The notes beneath the pieces are model-generated. The model was given only the letters and a program-made list of their open reading frames with translations. It was not told where the DNA came from and made no database searches. A program made the position numbers and the translations under genes. A DNA stretch of 64,000 bases from Archaeoglobus sp. JdFR-37 (GTDB lineage Archaea > Halobacteriota > Archaeoglobi > Archaeoglobales > Archaeoglobaceae), in contig MTMY01000021.1 in the NCBI GenBank assembly GCA_002010215.1, positions 1-64,000 on the forward strand, given 5' to 3'. Within the stretch, counting starts at the first letter, position 1; each line of letters starts with the position of its first letter. Shown one piece after another: positions 29,338-40,839 of this stretch.

Positions 29338-30654
29338 TTAGAATTTTAAAGTTCGTGCAGCAACTATAACCGGGTCCCAGATGGGTGTGAAGGGTGGAGC
29401 ATAGGCTAAATCAGCAAAGAAGAGGTCTTTAGTGGTAAATCCTGCCTGAATTGCCGTGGCAAAAACGTTTATTCGCATTGTCACCATTTCATAGCCAGCA
29501 ACTTGAGCGCCGAGTATTCTCCTGGTTTCTTTATCTGCAATTGCCTTTATCCACGTCCGCGTTGCTCCCGGATAGTAGTGCACCTTGGTGTTGGCCTTTA
29601 TGAACGTTGACACCACTTCGAATCCTTCATCCTCTGCCTCTCTCTGACTTAAACCTGTTCTGGCAATCTGAAGATCGTGGAACTTGGTTATCTGGGTGCC
29701 CAGCACTCCCGGAAATTCGATATTGCCACCAGCCATATTGACTCCGGCAACATAACCCATTTTATTGCCCGGCGGGGCAAGAGGGATCCAGATGGGCTTT
29801 CCAGTAACTACATGGTTTGTCTCCACGCAGTCTCCGGCAGCATAAACGTTTTCAACGCTAGTCTGCATTCTGCTATCCACCTTTATCGCCCCACTGTTCC
29901 CAAGCTCAACACCAAGCTGTTCTGCAAGCTCCACATTGGGTTTTACCCCCACAGCAAGAATTACCAGATCAGCATCGTATGCTCCCTTATCTGTTACAAC
30001 TTTCTCAACTCTATCTTTCCCCTCGATGGCCTCAACTTTTTCTTGAAGTCTCAGGTCTACCTTCTTTTCCATCTCCCCTTTCAGGACGTCTGCCATCTCC
30101 CTGTCGAAGTTGGGAAGGGGCTGATCCATCATCTCTATCACTGTAACTTTCTTTCCTGTCGCAGAGAAAGCTTCAGCCATCTCAACTCCAATATATCCTG
30201 AACCTATGATGACTACATTCTCTGCATCCTTGGCAGCAACCCTTATCCTGTCAGCATCTGGTGGGAGGTCAACAGTAAAGACATTCTCCAAGTCAACCCC
30301 TGGTATTGGCGGAACTTTTGGAGAAGCTCCGGTGGCAATTAGCAGCTTGTCCCACTCGTAGCTCTTTTCTTTCCCATTCTCATCTACTCTAAGCTTTCCG
30401 TATTCCACCTCTACAACTCTAGCATTCATATGTAGGTCAATGCCTCTCTCCTCCATGAACTTCTGGGGAGGATAGTACATCAGTTCCTCGCTGCCCTTAG
30501 CCAAACCTTCAACAACATATGGAATCCCGCATGGAGCGTGACTGACAAAATTCGTGGCTTCAAAAACAGAAACAGTCCATTCCGGCTTTAAAGCCCTTAT
30601 TCTTGATGCAGCAGTCATTCCGCCAGCTCCACCGCCGATTATTGTAATCCTCAT
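29338..30654 (-). CDS. cdr: CoA-disulfide reductase / NADH oxidase family flavoprotein
   Basis: GGGAGG, SHAPCGIPY and YAPPF motifs. Confidence 0.88.
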   Translation of the reverse strand: MRITIIGGGAGGMTAASRIRALKPEWTVSVFEATNFVSHAPCGIPYVVEGLAKGSEELMYYPPQKFMEERGIDLHMNARVVEVEYGKLRVDENGKEKSYEWDKLLIATGASPKVPPIPGVDLENVFTVDLPPDADRIRVAAKDAENVVIIGSGYIGVEMAEAFSATGKKVTVIEMMDQPLPNFDREMADVLKGEMEKKVDLRLQEKVEAIEGKDRVEKVVTDKGAYDADLVILAVGVKPNVELAEQLGVELGNSGAIKVDSRMQTSVENVYAAGDCVETNHVVTGKPIWIPLAPPGNKMGYVAGVNMAGGNIEFPGVLGTQITKFHDLQIARTGLSQREAEDEGFEVVSTFIKANTKVHYYPGATRTWIKAIADKETRRILGAQVAGYEMVTMRINVFATAIQAGFTTKDLFFADLAYAPPFTPIWDPVIVAARTLKF

Positions 30655-30823
30655 CCAATCACCTCTTCCTAACTTCTTCCTAAATTCTGCGATAAAAAGT
30701 TATAATTTTCGAGGTTTTCAGAAGAGGTTGCAAGGCTGGAAAACGTTGACTAGATTGTAAGATATGCAGAATGGTATGTTGAGTGACACGCAACTTATTT
30801 AACCCAGAAAAGCGTAGTTTATT

Positions 30824-31075
30824 AGGGGAGAGGCGGTGGGCGGCTGACCGAAAGGAGGAAAGTCCCCCCACCGTTAAAGGCGGAGCCCGAGATGGGCTGT
30901 GCCGAGAGGCATGGCTCCGGCACAGAAACGACACCGGCTGAAGGAAATGTGATGATTCCGTGAGGATGAAGTCACTTCAGCCGGATGAAACGCGCCGACC
31001 CCGCCGGTGCAACGCTTTGCGGCTCAGACTAATGCCGCCAGGAACAGAAGGGGGCTTACTACCGCCACTCCCCCT
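30824..31075 (+). ncRNA. rnpB: RNase P RNA (compact, type M-like)
   Basis: GAGGAAAGTCCCCCCACC and GAACAGAAGGGGGCTTACT P4 signatures; terminal stem AGGGGAGAGGCGGT/ACCGCCACTCCCCCT. Confidence 0.95.
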
Positions 31076-31204
31076 CTATCTATTATCAATTTCAGCATAT
31101 TTCCGGCACAACTGTAGCATGTGCCCAAGAACAGGTGATAAATTGCTCAATCCTATTCCCCCCTTCAACGGAAACGATATGTACAACAAATGCAATTTTT
31201 AATC

Positions 31205-31450
31205 ATGGAGGAAATCGGAAGAGTTGCCCACTATTATAATCGAATTGGAGTTGCAGCGGTGGTTCTATCAAAGCCGCTGCGAATTGGGGATAGGATAAGA
31301 ATAAAGGGTCATACCACAGATTTCGAGCAGGTTGTAGAATCCATAGAAATCAACCACAAACCCGTCGACGAGGCTCTTCCAGGAGATCTAGTAGGCATTA
31401 AGGTGAAAGACAGAGTCAGGAAAAAAGATATTGTTTATAGGTTGGATTGA
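31205..31450 (+). CDS. Small EF-Tu domain II-like / U32 C-terminal beta-barrel protein
   Basis: IGRVAHYY.RIGVA...GHTTDFEQ.VESIEI motif. Confidence 0.8.
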   Translation: MEEIGRVAHYYNRIGVAAVVLSKPLRIGDRIRIKGHTTDFEQVVESIEINHKPVDEALPGDLVGIKVKDRVRKKDIVYRLD

Positions 31451-31502
31451 GCAGTTTGGTTGAAACATCAATATAAACTAGCACTTACTGAAGCAAAAAA
31501 GT

Positions 31503-32486
31503 TTAATGAAACAAAGGTATTCTCGAAAACCTCTCGAGCTCAACAGCCTTAATCCATTCCTCCATACACCAGCATTTTAGATCCAGAATGTTGAGGTCTT
31601 GGTAAAGAGAGAATTTCCTCAAAGCTTTTGAAACCACATCATCACATTTCCCGCAGTTGTGCGGACTTCTCTTTCCTCTGCCCACCGGGTGGCATATTAC
31701 CTCGATACCTTCATTCCTTATCTGCTTTACAGCTTCAACGGCACTCCACAGCCATGGAGGCCGGTAAAGCTTTCTTTCCCACAGCCTTTCAACTAGCGTA
31801 CCTTTCTGCACATTTGTAGGGTTTATTGAGACCACATCAACGAGTTTTTTAATTCTGACAGCTGAATGGACAACATCAGCAATTGCTTCGCTTTCTGAGA
31901 GGAAAGGTGGTTTCAGGAGTAGATATGCTTTGACCCGAAAACCTCTGTGTCTCAAAAACTTTGCTGCATCTTCGAACTCTTGAAACGTAAAACCCTTGTT
32001 TACGAGAATATCTCTAACGAAATCGCTGGCCGATTCCAGCCCTATCCCTACTTCAAGTTGAAATTTTCTGCCATCAAATTCATCTAGCACTTCTTCAGTT
32101 ACAAATTCCGGTCTGCTCTCTACAATGAGCTTTTTTATTTCTAGTTCCTCTAGTTTTAGGCTGATTTTCTCTCGAGTATCTTTCGAGACTTCGCGGCTGT
32201 CAAAATAACTTCCAGAGGTGAAGATTTTGACGACATCCGGCACATCCGACTTCTCAGCCAATGCTGACAATGCCGAATAAAACTGTTTCAGCAAGTCCTG
32301 CTGCGTCACGCCGGGGTCAGTATCCCGTATATACCCGCACATACGGCAGCCTTCTTTTTTTGCCCAGTAACAGCCAGTCGTCCTCAGAATAATGTTCAGG
32401 CAGTCAACAATCTTTCCATCAAGTCTCTCCTTCTCTCTCCAGACTGCGACAGCCCTATCTCTCTGACCTTTTGGATTGCTTTTGAT
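31503..32486 (-). CDS. Archaeosine biosynthesis radical SAM protein RaSEA (start codon uncertain)
   Basis: LRTTGCYWAKKEGCRMCGY (CX7CX2C), KIFTSGS, ESRPE, YLLLKPP and YRPPWLWS motifs; frame extends upstream of the listed ORF. Confidence 0.85.
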   Translation of the reverse strand: MKSNPKGQRDRAVAVWREKERLDGKIVDCLNIILRTTGCYWAKKEGCRMCGYIRDTDPGVTQQDLLKQFYSALSALAEKSDVPDVVKIFTSGSYFDSREVSKDTREKISLKLEELEIKKLIVESRPEFVTEEVLDEFDGRKFQLEVGIGLESASDFVRDILVNKGFTFQEFEDAAKFLRHRGFRVKAYLLLKPPFLSESEAIADVVHSAVRIKKLVDVVSINPTNVQKGTLVERLWERKLYRPPWLWSAVEAVKQIRNEGIEVICHPVGRGKRSPHNCGKCDDVVSKALRKFSLYQDLNILDLKCWCMEEWIKAVELERFSRIPLFH

Positions 32487-32515
32487 GTCTCCCCACCCCT
32501 TTACTCACTCTCCAC

Positions 32516-33328
32516 TCATCTCCACCAGCTTGTTCTCCCGATTACTCTCATCTTCCTGCCATAGTATAGCCCGACAAGCAATCCACCCAAGTGAGCTATG
32601 CTTGCCACGCCTGTAACCCTGCTCATAGGAAGCATCAGCAAATCATAAGCCGCGAAGAGTAGGATCGCAGTTCTTATGCTCATCGGGATGATGAAAAACA
32701 GCAGAACCCTTATTTCCGGAGCAATTATTGCAAGAGTGCCCATCACACCATATATGGCTCCGCTTGCTCCGATAGCTGGAGAAAAATCTCCTGTTACATA
32801 AGCAAATAAGATGTAGAAAATATTCCCAGAGATACCTGAAAGCAGAAAAATCTCAAGATATTTTTTGCTTCCAATCCTCCTTTCAAGCTCACTACCAAAA
32901 ATCAGAAGGATAAATGCATTGACAAAATAATGCCAGAATTCAAGGTGCACAAACATAGCTGTAAGGATTTGCCAAGGCATTGTGGCAAATTTTACTGGGT
33001 TAAGGGCGAGGTACTCAATAACCCACCCTCTGGAGATTATCCCTATGAAGAACATCAAAGTAATCACGGCGAGAACAATATTGTTGTACCCGTATGAGGC
33101 TAATCTAAGGTGAGGTGGCTTTACCGATCTTACAGACTTTATCGATTTAAAACTACTTGTATCAAATTTTTTCTTTTCCTTTTTTACATTAACAGGAACA
33201 TTCCAGTACTCGTCAATACCATCACAGTCATGTTCTTCAGGGAGCCTGTGTTCTACACAGTATACTCCTCCGCAGTACTTGCAACGATAAGGTAACAGTT
33301 CGTCCTTCCCGCATACATCACATTTCAC
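32516..33328 (-). CDS. Rhomboid protease with an N-terminal AN1 zinc finger
   Basis: CxxC...CxYC...CxEHRLPEEHDC; GASG and AHLGG motifs. Confidence 0.92.
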   Translation of the reverse strand: MKCDVCGKDELLPYRCKYCGGVYCVEHRLPEEHDCDGIDEYWNVPVNVKKEKKKFDTSSFKSIKSVRSVKPPHLRLASYGYNNIVLAVITLMFFIGIISRGWVIEYLALNPVKFATMPWQILTAMFVHLEFWHYFVNAFILLIFGSELERRIGSKKYLEIFLLSGISGNIFYILFAYVTGDFSPAIGASGAIYGVMGTLAIIAPEIRVLLFFIIPMSIRTAILLFAAYDLLMLPMSRVTGVASIAHLGGLLVGLYYGRKMRVIGRTSWWR

Positions 33329-33536
33329 ATTTCACAGTCTCAATGAGCAGTATTTAACTGTTTTTCAGAATCCCAGTTTTGATGGTCAAGAAGACTCATC
33401 GAGCATGCAAAATCCTTTATAAAGGAATTTAAAGCTTCATTAGGTTTTTTAAAGTTTGATAAAGTGTCAGAGATTTCATTGTAATGCTTTAAGAAAAGTA
33501 ACCTTATATTTTTTCCGAACAACTTACAGATTGGTG

Positions 33537-34913
33537 ATGCGTATGAAAACGAAGTTGTTGGCGGCGGTGTTGGTGTTTGCCGTGCTGTTGGTGGGAACAT
33601 CAACAGCAATGGCATCATCAGCGGCACCTCAAGCAATGGGAATGGACGACGATATGGATGATGAAGAGAAAGTCAACATGACAGCCAATAACACAGAGTT
33701 GGATGACTCTGAGTCAGAACACGTGGGTCCTGCAGGACCTATGGGGCCTGTTGGGCCTGCAGAAAAACACAGAGAAAAGATGATGGAAATAAGAGAGAAA
33801 TACAGAGAGAGAGTCGAAAAATACAAGGAAATGAAGTATAAGTATGAGAAAGCCCGGGAAGAGTACCTCAAAATTAAGGAAAGGGGAAGAGATCTGAGAG
33901 GAAAGGACATGGAGACTGCCAAGCGTTTTGTACACAGCGGAATTGACATGGGTATAGTGTACCTCCAGAGACTCAAGATTTATGTTGAGACAACGCCAAG
34001 AATATCAGACGAAAGCAGAGCGGAAATAGTAGAGCAGATCGACGAATATATTTCAGAACTGCAGGGGAAAATAGATGAAATTACTGCCGCTGAAACACCT
34101 GAAGAGCTTAGAGAAGCCGTTAAAGAGCTCAGAAAGTCATGGAAGGAGATCAGAAAAGGCATCAAAGGAATAGTTGGACAGGTTGCTGTTGCCAGGATTG
34201 AGACAGTCTTGGACAGAGCTGAGCTGGTACGGGAAAGGCTTCAGGATAGGATAGATGCACTGCAGGAAGCTGGTTATGACACCACAGAACTCGAATTAAT
34301 CCTAGAGGATTACTCCCAGAAGCTCGATCTTGCAAGAGGGAGGCTTGGACTAGCAAAGGAGGCATTCAAGGAGATTAAAGATGCTGAAAATGCTGATGAG
34401 CTATTCAGAGAAGGGAACCAGTTCATGAGAGAAGTGCATAAATACCTCAGAGAAGCATTTGGAGACATCAAGGAATTCATTAAAGAGCTGAAACAGTATA
34501 GAATCAAGGAAGGTAAGATATTTTTCGGTAATGCAACTGGTGAAGTCTGGGCTAAGGGAGAGGGAGTTGCTAAAATCAGGGGGGATGCAATAGTTCACGT
34601 TAGAGGAAATGTGACACTGGAAGTCACACCTGCCAGCGCGGTGATTAAAGTAGTTGGCTTTGGAAATGTGACAACTGAAGATGACAAGGCAATTTACACC
34701 GGAGAAGGAAATGCTGTGATTAGGGGCAAGAACATAGAAGTGATAATAAATGGTGATTTCAAGCTCTATGCAAAGGGCAAGGGTTCTCTGGATCTGGAAG
34801 GGAAGGGATATTACAGGGTAAAGGAGCTGCCACAGGAAGACATGACTGACGAGATCGAGTTTGGAGAGAGTGTTAATGTTACTAAGGTTACTGTTGACTT
34901 CGGAGGCGAGTAG
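33537..34913 (+). CDS. Secreted long helical/coiled-coil protein with a C-terminal beta domain
   Basis: Signal peptide, acidic linker, GPAGPMGPVGP, E/K/R-rich heptads and a Gly-rich beta C-terminus. Confidence 0.75.
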   Translation: MRMKTKLLAAVLVFAVLLVGTSTAMASSAAPQAMGMDDDMDDEEKVNMTANNTELDDSESEHVGPAGPMGPVGPAEKHREKMMEIREKYRERVEKYKEMKYKYEKAREEYLKIKERGRDLRGKDMETAKRFVHSGIDMGIVYLQRLKIYVETTPRISDESRAEIVEQIDEYISELQGKIDEITAAETPEELREAVKELRKSWKEIRKGIKGIVGQVAVARIETVLDRAELVRERLQDRIDALQEAGYDTTELELILEDYSQKLDLARGRLGLAKEAFKEIKDAENADELFREGNQFMREVHKYLREAFGDIKEFIKELKQYRIKEGKIFFGNATGEVWAKGEGVAKIRGDAIVHVRGNVTLEVTPASAVIKVVGFGNVTTEDDKAIYTGEGNAVIRGKNIEVIINGDFKLYAKGKGSLDLEGKGYYRVKELPQEDMTDEIEFGESVNVTKVTVDFGGE

Positions 34914-34915
34914 CC

Positions 34916-35167
34916 ATGAAGAAAGTGATTACGTTGATACTCCTAGCCTCCATACTTTTCCTGGGATGTGCTGCAACCGAGAAAGCTGAAAAAACGGTGA
35001 CGCCAACTTCTACTCCTGCTACTACGACGACAACGCCTACACCCTCGGAAACACCTGCCCCATCTGAGGGCGATCCTGAACTTCAGGAAGCTATAAACGA
35101 GATTCAAGAAGTGGAAGAGCTGATAAAAGAGCTCCAGCAACTTGAGAACCTCGACTTTGAAATCTGA
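34916..35167 (+). CDS. Small lipoprotein with a T/P linker and an acidic helix
   Basis: LFLGC lipobox-like motif; starts 2 bp after the upstream stop. Confidence 0.75.
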   Translation: MKKVITLILLASILFLGCAATEKAEKTVTPTSTPATTTTTPTPSETPAPSEGDPELQEAINEIQEVEELIKELQQLENLDFEI

Positions 35168-35226
35168 GGAAATCTGAAACAAATTGAAACGTAACTCATT
35201 TATTTTTTGAATTTTCTTTTCAGTTC

Positions 35227-35715
35227 ATGAAGCTGGAAGCTGTTAAGATTGAAAATCCCGACAACAAGTATCAGGTGATAGTAGGACAGGCGAATTTTAC
35301 AATTTTTACCTGCGATGACATATTCAAAGCCCTGCTGACCGCTGTGCCCGGCATAAAATGTGCTGTGGCAATGAACGAGGCGGCACCAAAGCTGACGAGA
35401 GTAACAGGAAATGATGAAAAGCTGAAGGAGCTGGCAGCAAAGAATGCTTTAGCCATTGCAGCCAGCCATGTTTTTGTAGTTATGACTGAGAATGCGTTTC
35501 CCATCAATGTGTTGAACACCATAAAACTGCATCCGGCAGTATGCAACATTTACGTCGCCTCTGCCAACCCCATAGAAATAATTGTGGCTGAGACTGAACT
35601 CGGAAAGGCTGTTGTTGGAACAGTTGATGGAACTGCTGTCACAAGGATAGAGAGTGAGGAAGAGAAGAGAGAACGAAGAGAGACTGTGGCAAAGCTAGGA
35701 TATAAGCTTGATTAA
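35227..35715 (+). CDS. DUF355 / adenosine-specific kinase family protein
   Basis: GQANF, AMNEAAP, FPINVLN and ASANP motifs. Confidence 0.8.
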   Translation: MKLEAVKIENPDNKYQVIVGQANFTIFTCDDIFKALLTAVPGIKCAVAMNEAAPKLTRVTGNDEKLKELAAKNALAIAASHVFVVMTENAFPINVLNTIKLHPAVCNIYVASANPIEIIVAETELGKAVVGTVDGTAVTRIESEEEKRERRETVAKLGYKLD

Positions 35716-35739
35716 TTTTTATTTTTTTAATTTTAAAAA

Positions 35740-36825
35740 TCAGTAAATAAGTTCTTCAAGCATGTTCCTCTCTCTGGCAAGCTTTAACTCCCTAGCTATC
35801 CTCCTCCCCATATACATGTTTTCTCCGAAGAGAATGTAAGAGTATGGTGAAGATGGTATGCCTACATTTGTACCGGCAACAATTCTAGCTGAAATTTCAA
35901 AAACCACCATTTCTCCCTCTTCAGTGAAAACGCTCTCCAGGCAGAATGGCCCCACCATTCCAGGTTCTGCTATTTCTTTGGACACCTCAACAACGCTCTT
36001 CGCCGCCTGGAGTGCCTGAGAAAGCAAGCTCTCCCTGAGAACAACCGGGAAATTCCCAATCACAGTATACGTGGGGTGTATCTCTCCTTTGAGCTGCACA
36101 TCTGCCGGGATTCGAGATATGCCATCCACGCTGGACTCATACCTTCTGTCAACAGCGATAAGCTCAACCCTCTCAAAAACCGGAGAGTAGAAGAAGGAGA
36201 AGTAAATGTTCGCTCCAACTATATACTCCTGAATGTAGGCATCCTCGATCTCATCTTCCCCTATAAGCCCTGCATGCACCATTCTTTCAGCTTTCTCGTA
36301 GAACTCTTCTGGCGAGGAGCATAGGAAATATCCCTTACCGCCTTTAGCTCCCGGATACTTCACGATGACAAGTCTGTCTATATCCTCAGGCTTTTCAAAT
36401 GTTTCAGGCAGCTTAAGCCCAGCATCAAATAGCCACTTTCTCTGCCTCTCTCGGTCAACCTCCCATTCCATGAGTATGCGGTTTCCGAAAACTGGAATAA
36501 CAAGGTTGTCAAGCCTTCCGATGTAAGCGTTAAAGGAACCATGAGGAATTAACACAACGTTTTCATCAACAAGCTGCCTTTGAATATCTGGATTCAGCAG
36601 ATCAGAGAAATCATCAAGCTGTATTATTCTATCAGCCACTCCAAATGACTCGTAAATTATCCTTTCCTTATCTCTGCAAAGGCATATAGTTTTGAGGCCC
36701 TCATCCTTCGCGCCCTTCAGAATGTTCAGGGCTGAATGGCTGCCGAGAGTTCCGATTGTGATGCTATCGTATTCTTTTAGAACTTTTAGAATTCTGCTTC
36801 TTATTTCTTTTATCTGTTCCATCAT
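35740..36825 (-). CDS. purP: FAICAR synthetase (formate-dependent, ATP-grasp)
   Basis: [22 protein letters not shown] and [12 protein letters not shown] motifs. Confidence 0.92.
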   Translation of the reverse strand: MMEQIKEIRSRILKVLKEYDSITIGTLGSHSALNILKGAKDEGLKTICLCRDKERIIYESFGVADRIIQLDDFSDLLNPDIQRQLVDENVVLIPHGSFNAYIGRLDNLVIPVFGNRILMEWEVDRERQRKWLFDAGLKLPETFEKPEDIDRLVIVKYPGAKGGKGYFLCSSPEEFYEKAERMVHAGLIGEDEIEDAYIQEYIVGANIYFSFFYSPVFERVELIAVDRRYESSVDGISRIPADVQLKGEIHPTYTVIGNFPVVLRESLLSQALQAAKSVVEVSKEIAEPGMVGPFCLESVFTEEGEMVVFEISARIVAGTNVGIPSSPYSYILFGENMYMGRRIARELKLARERNMLEELIY

Positions 36826-37595
36826 CCACTCCTCCTCTTTGCAATCAGGGATGCAAAAACCGCTGCTCCAAAGCCGTTATCGATGTTGACAACCGCAACT
36901 CCTGAGGAACAGCTCTGCAACATGGCAAATAAAGCCGTCAAACCACCAAAATTCACACCATAACCGATGCTGGTGGGAACGGCAATGACTGGCACATCAA
37001 CCATTCCTGCAACAACAGAAGGTAATGCTCCTTCCATCCCTGCAACAACGATAACAGCATCCACTTTCTCCTCAGCTATCCTCCTTATCGGCTCAACAAG
37101 CCTGTGGATGCCAGCAACACCAACATCATAAAATCTGAGTACATCCATACCCAAAAACTCGGCAGTCTCCGCTGCTTCCTCAGCAACAGGGATGTCTGAT
37201 GTTCCTGCAGTCATTATTGCCACCTTACCTCTCCTCTCCGTTTCAGCCACACTCCCAGTATTTTCAGATTTAATTACCGCAGTTCTGGCCTTTCTGTTTA
37301 TTCTGACATTTAATTGCTTCATTTGCTCCAAAGCTTCCATCTGCTCATCACTCAGCCGGGTTACCAGAACCTTGTCACTCTTCTCCACACAGGTTTTAAC
37401 GATGATCAGGAGGTCATCCACGCTTTTACCCTCTGCAAAAATCGCTTCAGGCTTTCCTGCTCGAGCTTCTCTGTGTATATCTATTCTGGCAATCCCCTCT
37501 ATCTCCGCTATGATTGCCTCTCTCAGCAACTTTATCGCTTCTCCATCAAGCTTTTTTATCCTTTCAATCAGCTCGTTAAACTCTCTCCTATCCAT
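36822..37595 (-). CDS. larB: Nickel-pincer cofactor biosynthesis protein LarB
   Basis: [38 protein letters not shown] and VNIDNGFGA motifs. Confidence 0.9.
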   Translation of the reverse strand: MDRREFNELIERIKKLDGEAIKLLREAIIAEIEGIARIDIHREARAGKPEAIFAEGKSVDDLLIIVKTCVEKSDKVLVTRLSDEQMEALEQMKQLNVRINRKARTAVIKSENTGSVAETERRGKVAIMTAGTSDIPVAEEAAETAEFLGMDVLRFYDVGVAGIHRLVEPIRRIAEEKVDAVIVVAGMEGALPSVVAGMVDVPVIAVPTSIGYGVNFGGLTALFAMLQSCSSGVAVVNIDNGFGAAVFASLIAKRRSG

Positions 37596-40500
37596 ATTTC
37601 CTTCTCACTTCCTCATGATATTCCTGGATGGACTTGATAGTCATCCTTGATTTCCTTATCGCCTCAATTCCCTTCACAGCGGCAATTGCTCCGCTAATGG
37701 TGGTGATGTATGGAACGCCATGGTCAACGGCAGCCCTCCTTATGAGGTATCCTTCCGTCTTCCCACGTTTTCCGCTGGGAGTATTGATTATCAGGTCTAT
37801 TTGTCTGTTGATTATGGCATCAACTATGTTGGGTCTTCCCTGACTCACCTTGAGGATTATCTCAGCTTGTATGCCGTTATTCCTCAGAAATTCAGCGGTT
37901 CCATCGGTTGCAGTAATTCTGAACCCCAGTTCGTGGAGTTTTCTCGCAACAGGTAGAATCTTCTCTCTGTCAGCTTTTTTAACGCTGATAAATACCGTTC
38001 CCTCTGTAGGAAGCATCATGCCGGCAGCAAGCTCGGCTTTATAGTATGCAAGCCCGAAATCATAATCAATGCCCATAACCTCGCCAGTTGACTTCATTTC
38101 AGGGCCGAGAACTGGATCAACGCCAGGAAGTTTTATGAATGGGAAGACTGCCTCTTTAACCGCCACATGGTCGAGATTGAGCCTTTCCTTAATCCCAAGC
38201 TCTCTCAGCTTCTTACCCATCATGAGCTTTGCGGCAATCTTTGCGAGAGGTATGCCGGTAGCTTTACTGACAAATGGAACTGTTCTGCTAGCTCTCGGAT
38301 TCGCTTCCAGAATGTAAACCACCCCATCTTTCACAGCATATTGAATGTTAATAAGACCCACAACTTTAAGGGCTAAAGCCAGCTTGCGTGTGTAATCTAC
38401 AATGATATCAATAATCTCCTGGGGGACTGATTGTGGTGGAAGGACGCAGGCAGAATCACCGCTGTGGATTCCTGCCTCCTCGATATGCTCCATTATACCT
38501 CCAATAACCACTTCCTCTCCATCACACAGTGCATCCACTTCAACCTCGATGGCATCCTCCAGAAACTTGTCCAGCAATATGGGCTTTTCAGGACTCACCT
38601 CAATCGCTTCGCTGATGTATCGCCTGAGAGTTTCCTCATCATAAACTATCTCCATAGCCCTGCCGCCGAGGACATAGGAAGGTCGAACTAGGAGTGGGTA
38701 ACCGATTGTTTTTGCAACGCTTACTGCCTCTTCAATACTGTAGGCTATACCATTCGGTGGCTGCGGGATGCCCAGGGACTCACAAAGCTGGGAAAATCTT
38801 TCTCTGTCCTCAGCAATGTCTATGGAATCTACTGCTGTCCCTAGAATCTTCGCTCCACCCTCTTCAAGCTGTTTCGCTATGTTAAGAGGTGTTTGCCCAC
38901 CAAACTGAACTATGATTCCTTCTGGCCCCTCATTTTCGTAGATATTCATTACGTCTTCATGAGTTATGGGCTCGAAGTAAAGTCTGTCAGAGGTGTCATA
39001 GTCAGTCGAGACGGTTTCAGGGTTGTTATTCACCATTATTGTCTCATAGCCATCCTCTTTGAGGCTGAAGACTGCATGAACACAGCAGTAATCAAACTCA
39101 ATACCCTGACCGATTCTGTTGGGACCGCTGCCCAATATAATCACCTTTTTCTTCCCCGTTGGTGCAGCATCGTTCTCCAACTCATAGGATGAGTAATAAT
39201 AGGGAGTTTTCGCTTCAAATTCAGCCGCACAAGTATCTACCATCTTGAATGTAGCACTTATCCCGGCTTTCTTTCTCCTCTTCCTCACTTCCCTCTCAGT
39301 TGTTCTAAAAATTTTCGCAAGCTGGAAATCGCTGAAACCGTACTGTTTCGCCCTTCTTAACACCTCAACAGGCACGTTTTCAATGGAGAATTTTCCAGCA
39401 TAACTCTTCAGCTCCTCCTCCACCTCTATGATGTTCTTGATCTTTGCAATAAACCACGGATCGATTCGGGTAAGCTCATATATCTCCTCAACACTGAACC
39501 CTTTCTTCAAAGCGTAGCGAATGTAGAATACTCTGTCAGCATTTGGTGTGCGGAGTTTTTCAATTACCTCCTCTCTGCTTGGCATCCTATCTTTTCCATC
39601 ACAGCCCAGTCCATATCTTCCAATTTCAAGGCTTCTCAAGGCCTTCTGAAGCGCTTCCTCAAAGGTTCTGCCAATGGCCATGACCTCTCCAACGCTTTTC
39701 ATCTGAGTGCCTAGGGCAGGATTGGCGGTGGGGAATTTGTCAAAGGCGAAACGTGGAACCTTAACAACCACGTAATCTATTGTTGGCTCGAAACTTGCAG
39801 GAGTCTCCTTTGTTATATCATTTGGAATCTCATCTAGGGTATATCCGATGGCCAGCTTTGCAGCAATTTTGGCGATGGGATAGCCGGTTGCCTTTGAGGC
39901 TAAAGCCGAGGAACGGCTTACACGAGGATTCATCTCTATTGCCACAAATCTCTCGCTGTCAGGATGCACAGCAAACTGGATGTTGCTCCCCCCTGTCTCC
40001 ACACCTATCTCCCTGATTATCGCAATGGCTGCATCTCTCAAACGCTGATACTCGTAATCGGTTAGGGTTTGGGCAGGAGCAACGGTTATGCTGTCCCCGG
40101 TGTGGATTCCCATTGGGTCAAAATTCTCTATTGAACAGATAATCACAACGTTGTCTGCCAAGTCACGCATAACCTCAAGCTCGAACTCCTTCCAGCCTAT
40201 CACACTCTCCTCTATCAGAACTTGATTTATCATAGATAACTCAAGCCCTCTTTTGGCAATCTCTCTCAGCTCTTCTCTGTTGTAAGCTATACCTCCCCCT
40301 GTGCCGCCCAATGTAAAGGCTGGCCTGATTATGACCGGGTATCCCAACTCATCCGCAATACTCAGAGCCTCGCTTATATCACCGGCTATCTTACTTCTTG
40401 GAATATCCAGCCCGATTTTCTCCATTGATTTCTTGAAGAGCTCTCTGTCTTCAGCCTTCTTTATGGCATCAAGTTTCGCACCTATAAGCTCCACACCATA

Positions 40501-40830
40501 TTTCTGCAGAATGCCCATTTCACCGAGCTGAACAGCTATGTTGAGGGCTGTCTGGCCGCCGAGAGTTGGGAGGAGTGCATCAGGCGTCTCTCTTTCGATT
40601 ATCCTAGCCACAACCTCTGCTGTCAGAGGCTCGATGTATGTGCGGTCAGCCATGTCAGGATCGGTCATAATGGTGGCAGGATTGGAGTTTACAAGAACAA
40701 CCTCGTATCCTTCTTCCTTCAAAGCCTTGCAAGCCTGGCTTCCAGAATAATCAAACTCTGCCGCTTGACCGATAACAATGGGTCCTGAGCCGATAACCAT
40801 TATTTTCCTCAGATCCTCTCTTTTTGGCAT
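37588..40830 (-). CDS. carB: Carbamoyl-phosphate synthase large subunit
   Basis: [17 protein letters not shown]; duplicated ATP-grasp domains; MGS domain. Confidence 0.98.
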   Translation of the reverse strand: MPKREDLRKIMVIGSGPIVIGQAAEFDYSGSQACKALKEEGYEVVLVNSNPATIMTDPDMADRTYIEPLTAEVVARIIERETPDALLPTLGGQTALNIAVQLGEMGILQKYGVELIGAKLDAIKKAEDRELFKKSMEKIGLDIPRSKIAGDISEALSIADELGYPVIIRPAFTLGGTGGGIAYNREELREIAKRGLELSMINQVLIEESVIGWKEFELEVMRDLADNVVIICSIENFDPMGIHTGDSITVAPAQTLTDYEYQRLRDAAIAIIREIGVETGGSNIQFAVHPDSERFVAIEMNPRVSRSSALASKATGYPIAKIAAKLAIGYTLDEIPNDITKETPASFEPTIDYVVVKVPRFAFDKFPTANPALGTQMKSVGEVMAIGRTFEEALQKALRSLEIGRYGLGCDGKDRMPSREEVIEKLRTPNADRVFYIRYALKKGFSVEEIYELTRIDPWFIAKIKNIIEVEEELKSYAGKFSIENVPVEVLRRAKQYGFSDFQLAKIFRTTEREVRKRRKKAGISATFKMVDTCAAEFEAKTPYYYSSYELENDAAPTGKKKVIILGSGPNRIGQGIEFDYCCVHAVFSLKEDGYETIMVNNNPETVSTDYDTSDRLYFEPITHEDVMNIYENEGPEGIIVQFGGQTPLNIAKQLEEGGAKILGTAVDSIDIAEDRERFSQLCESLGIPQPPNGIAYSIEEAVSVAKTIGYPLLVRPSYVLGGRAMEIVYDEETLRRYISEAIEVSPEKPILLDKFLEDAIEVEVDALCDGEEVVIGGIMEHIEEAGIHSGDSACVLPPQSVPQEIIDIIVDYTRKLALALKVVGLINIQYAVKDGVVYILEANPRASRTVPFVSKATGIPLAKIAAKLMMGKKLRELGIKERLNLDHVAVKEAVFPFIKLPGVDPVLGPEMKSTGEVMGIDYDFGLAYYKAELAAGMMLPTEGTVFISVKKADREKILPVARKLHELGFRITATDGTAEFLRNNGIQAEIILKVSQGRPNIVDAIINRQIDLIINTPSGKRGKTEGYLIRRAAVDHGVPYITTISGAIAAVKGIEAIRKSRMTIKSIQEYHEEVRRKYG

Positions 40831-40839
40831 GAACTCACC

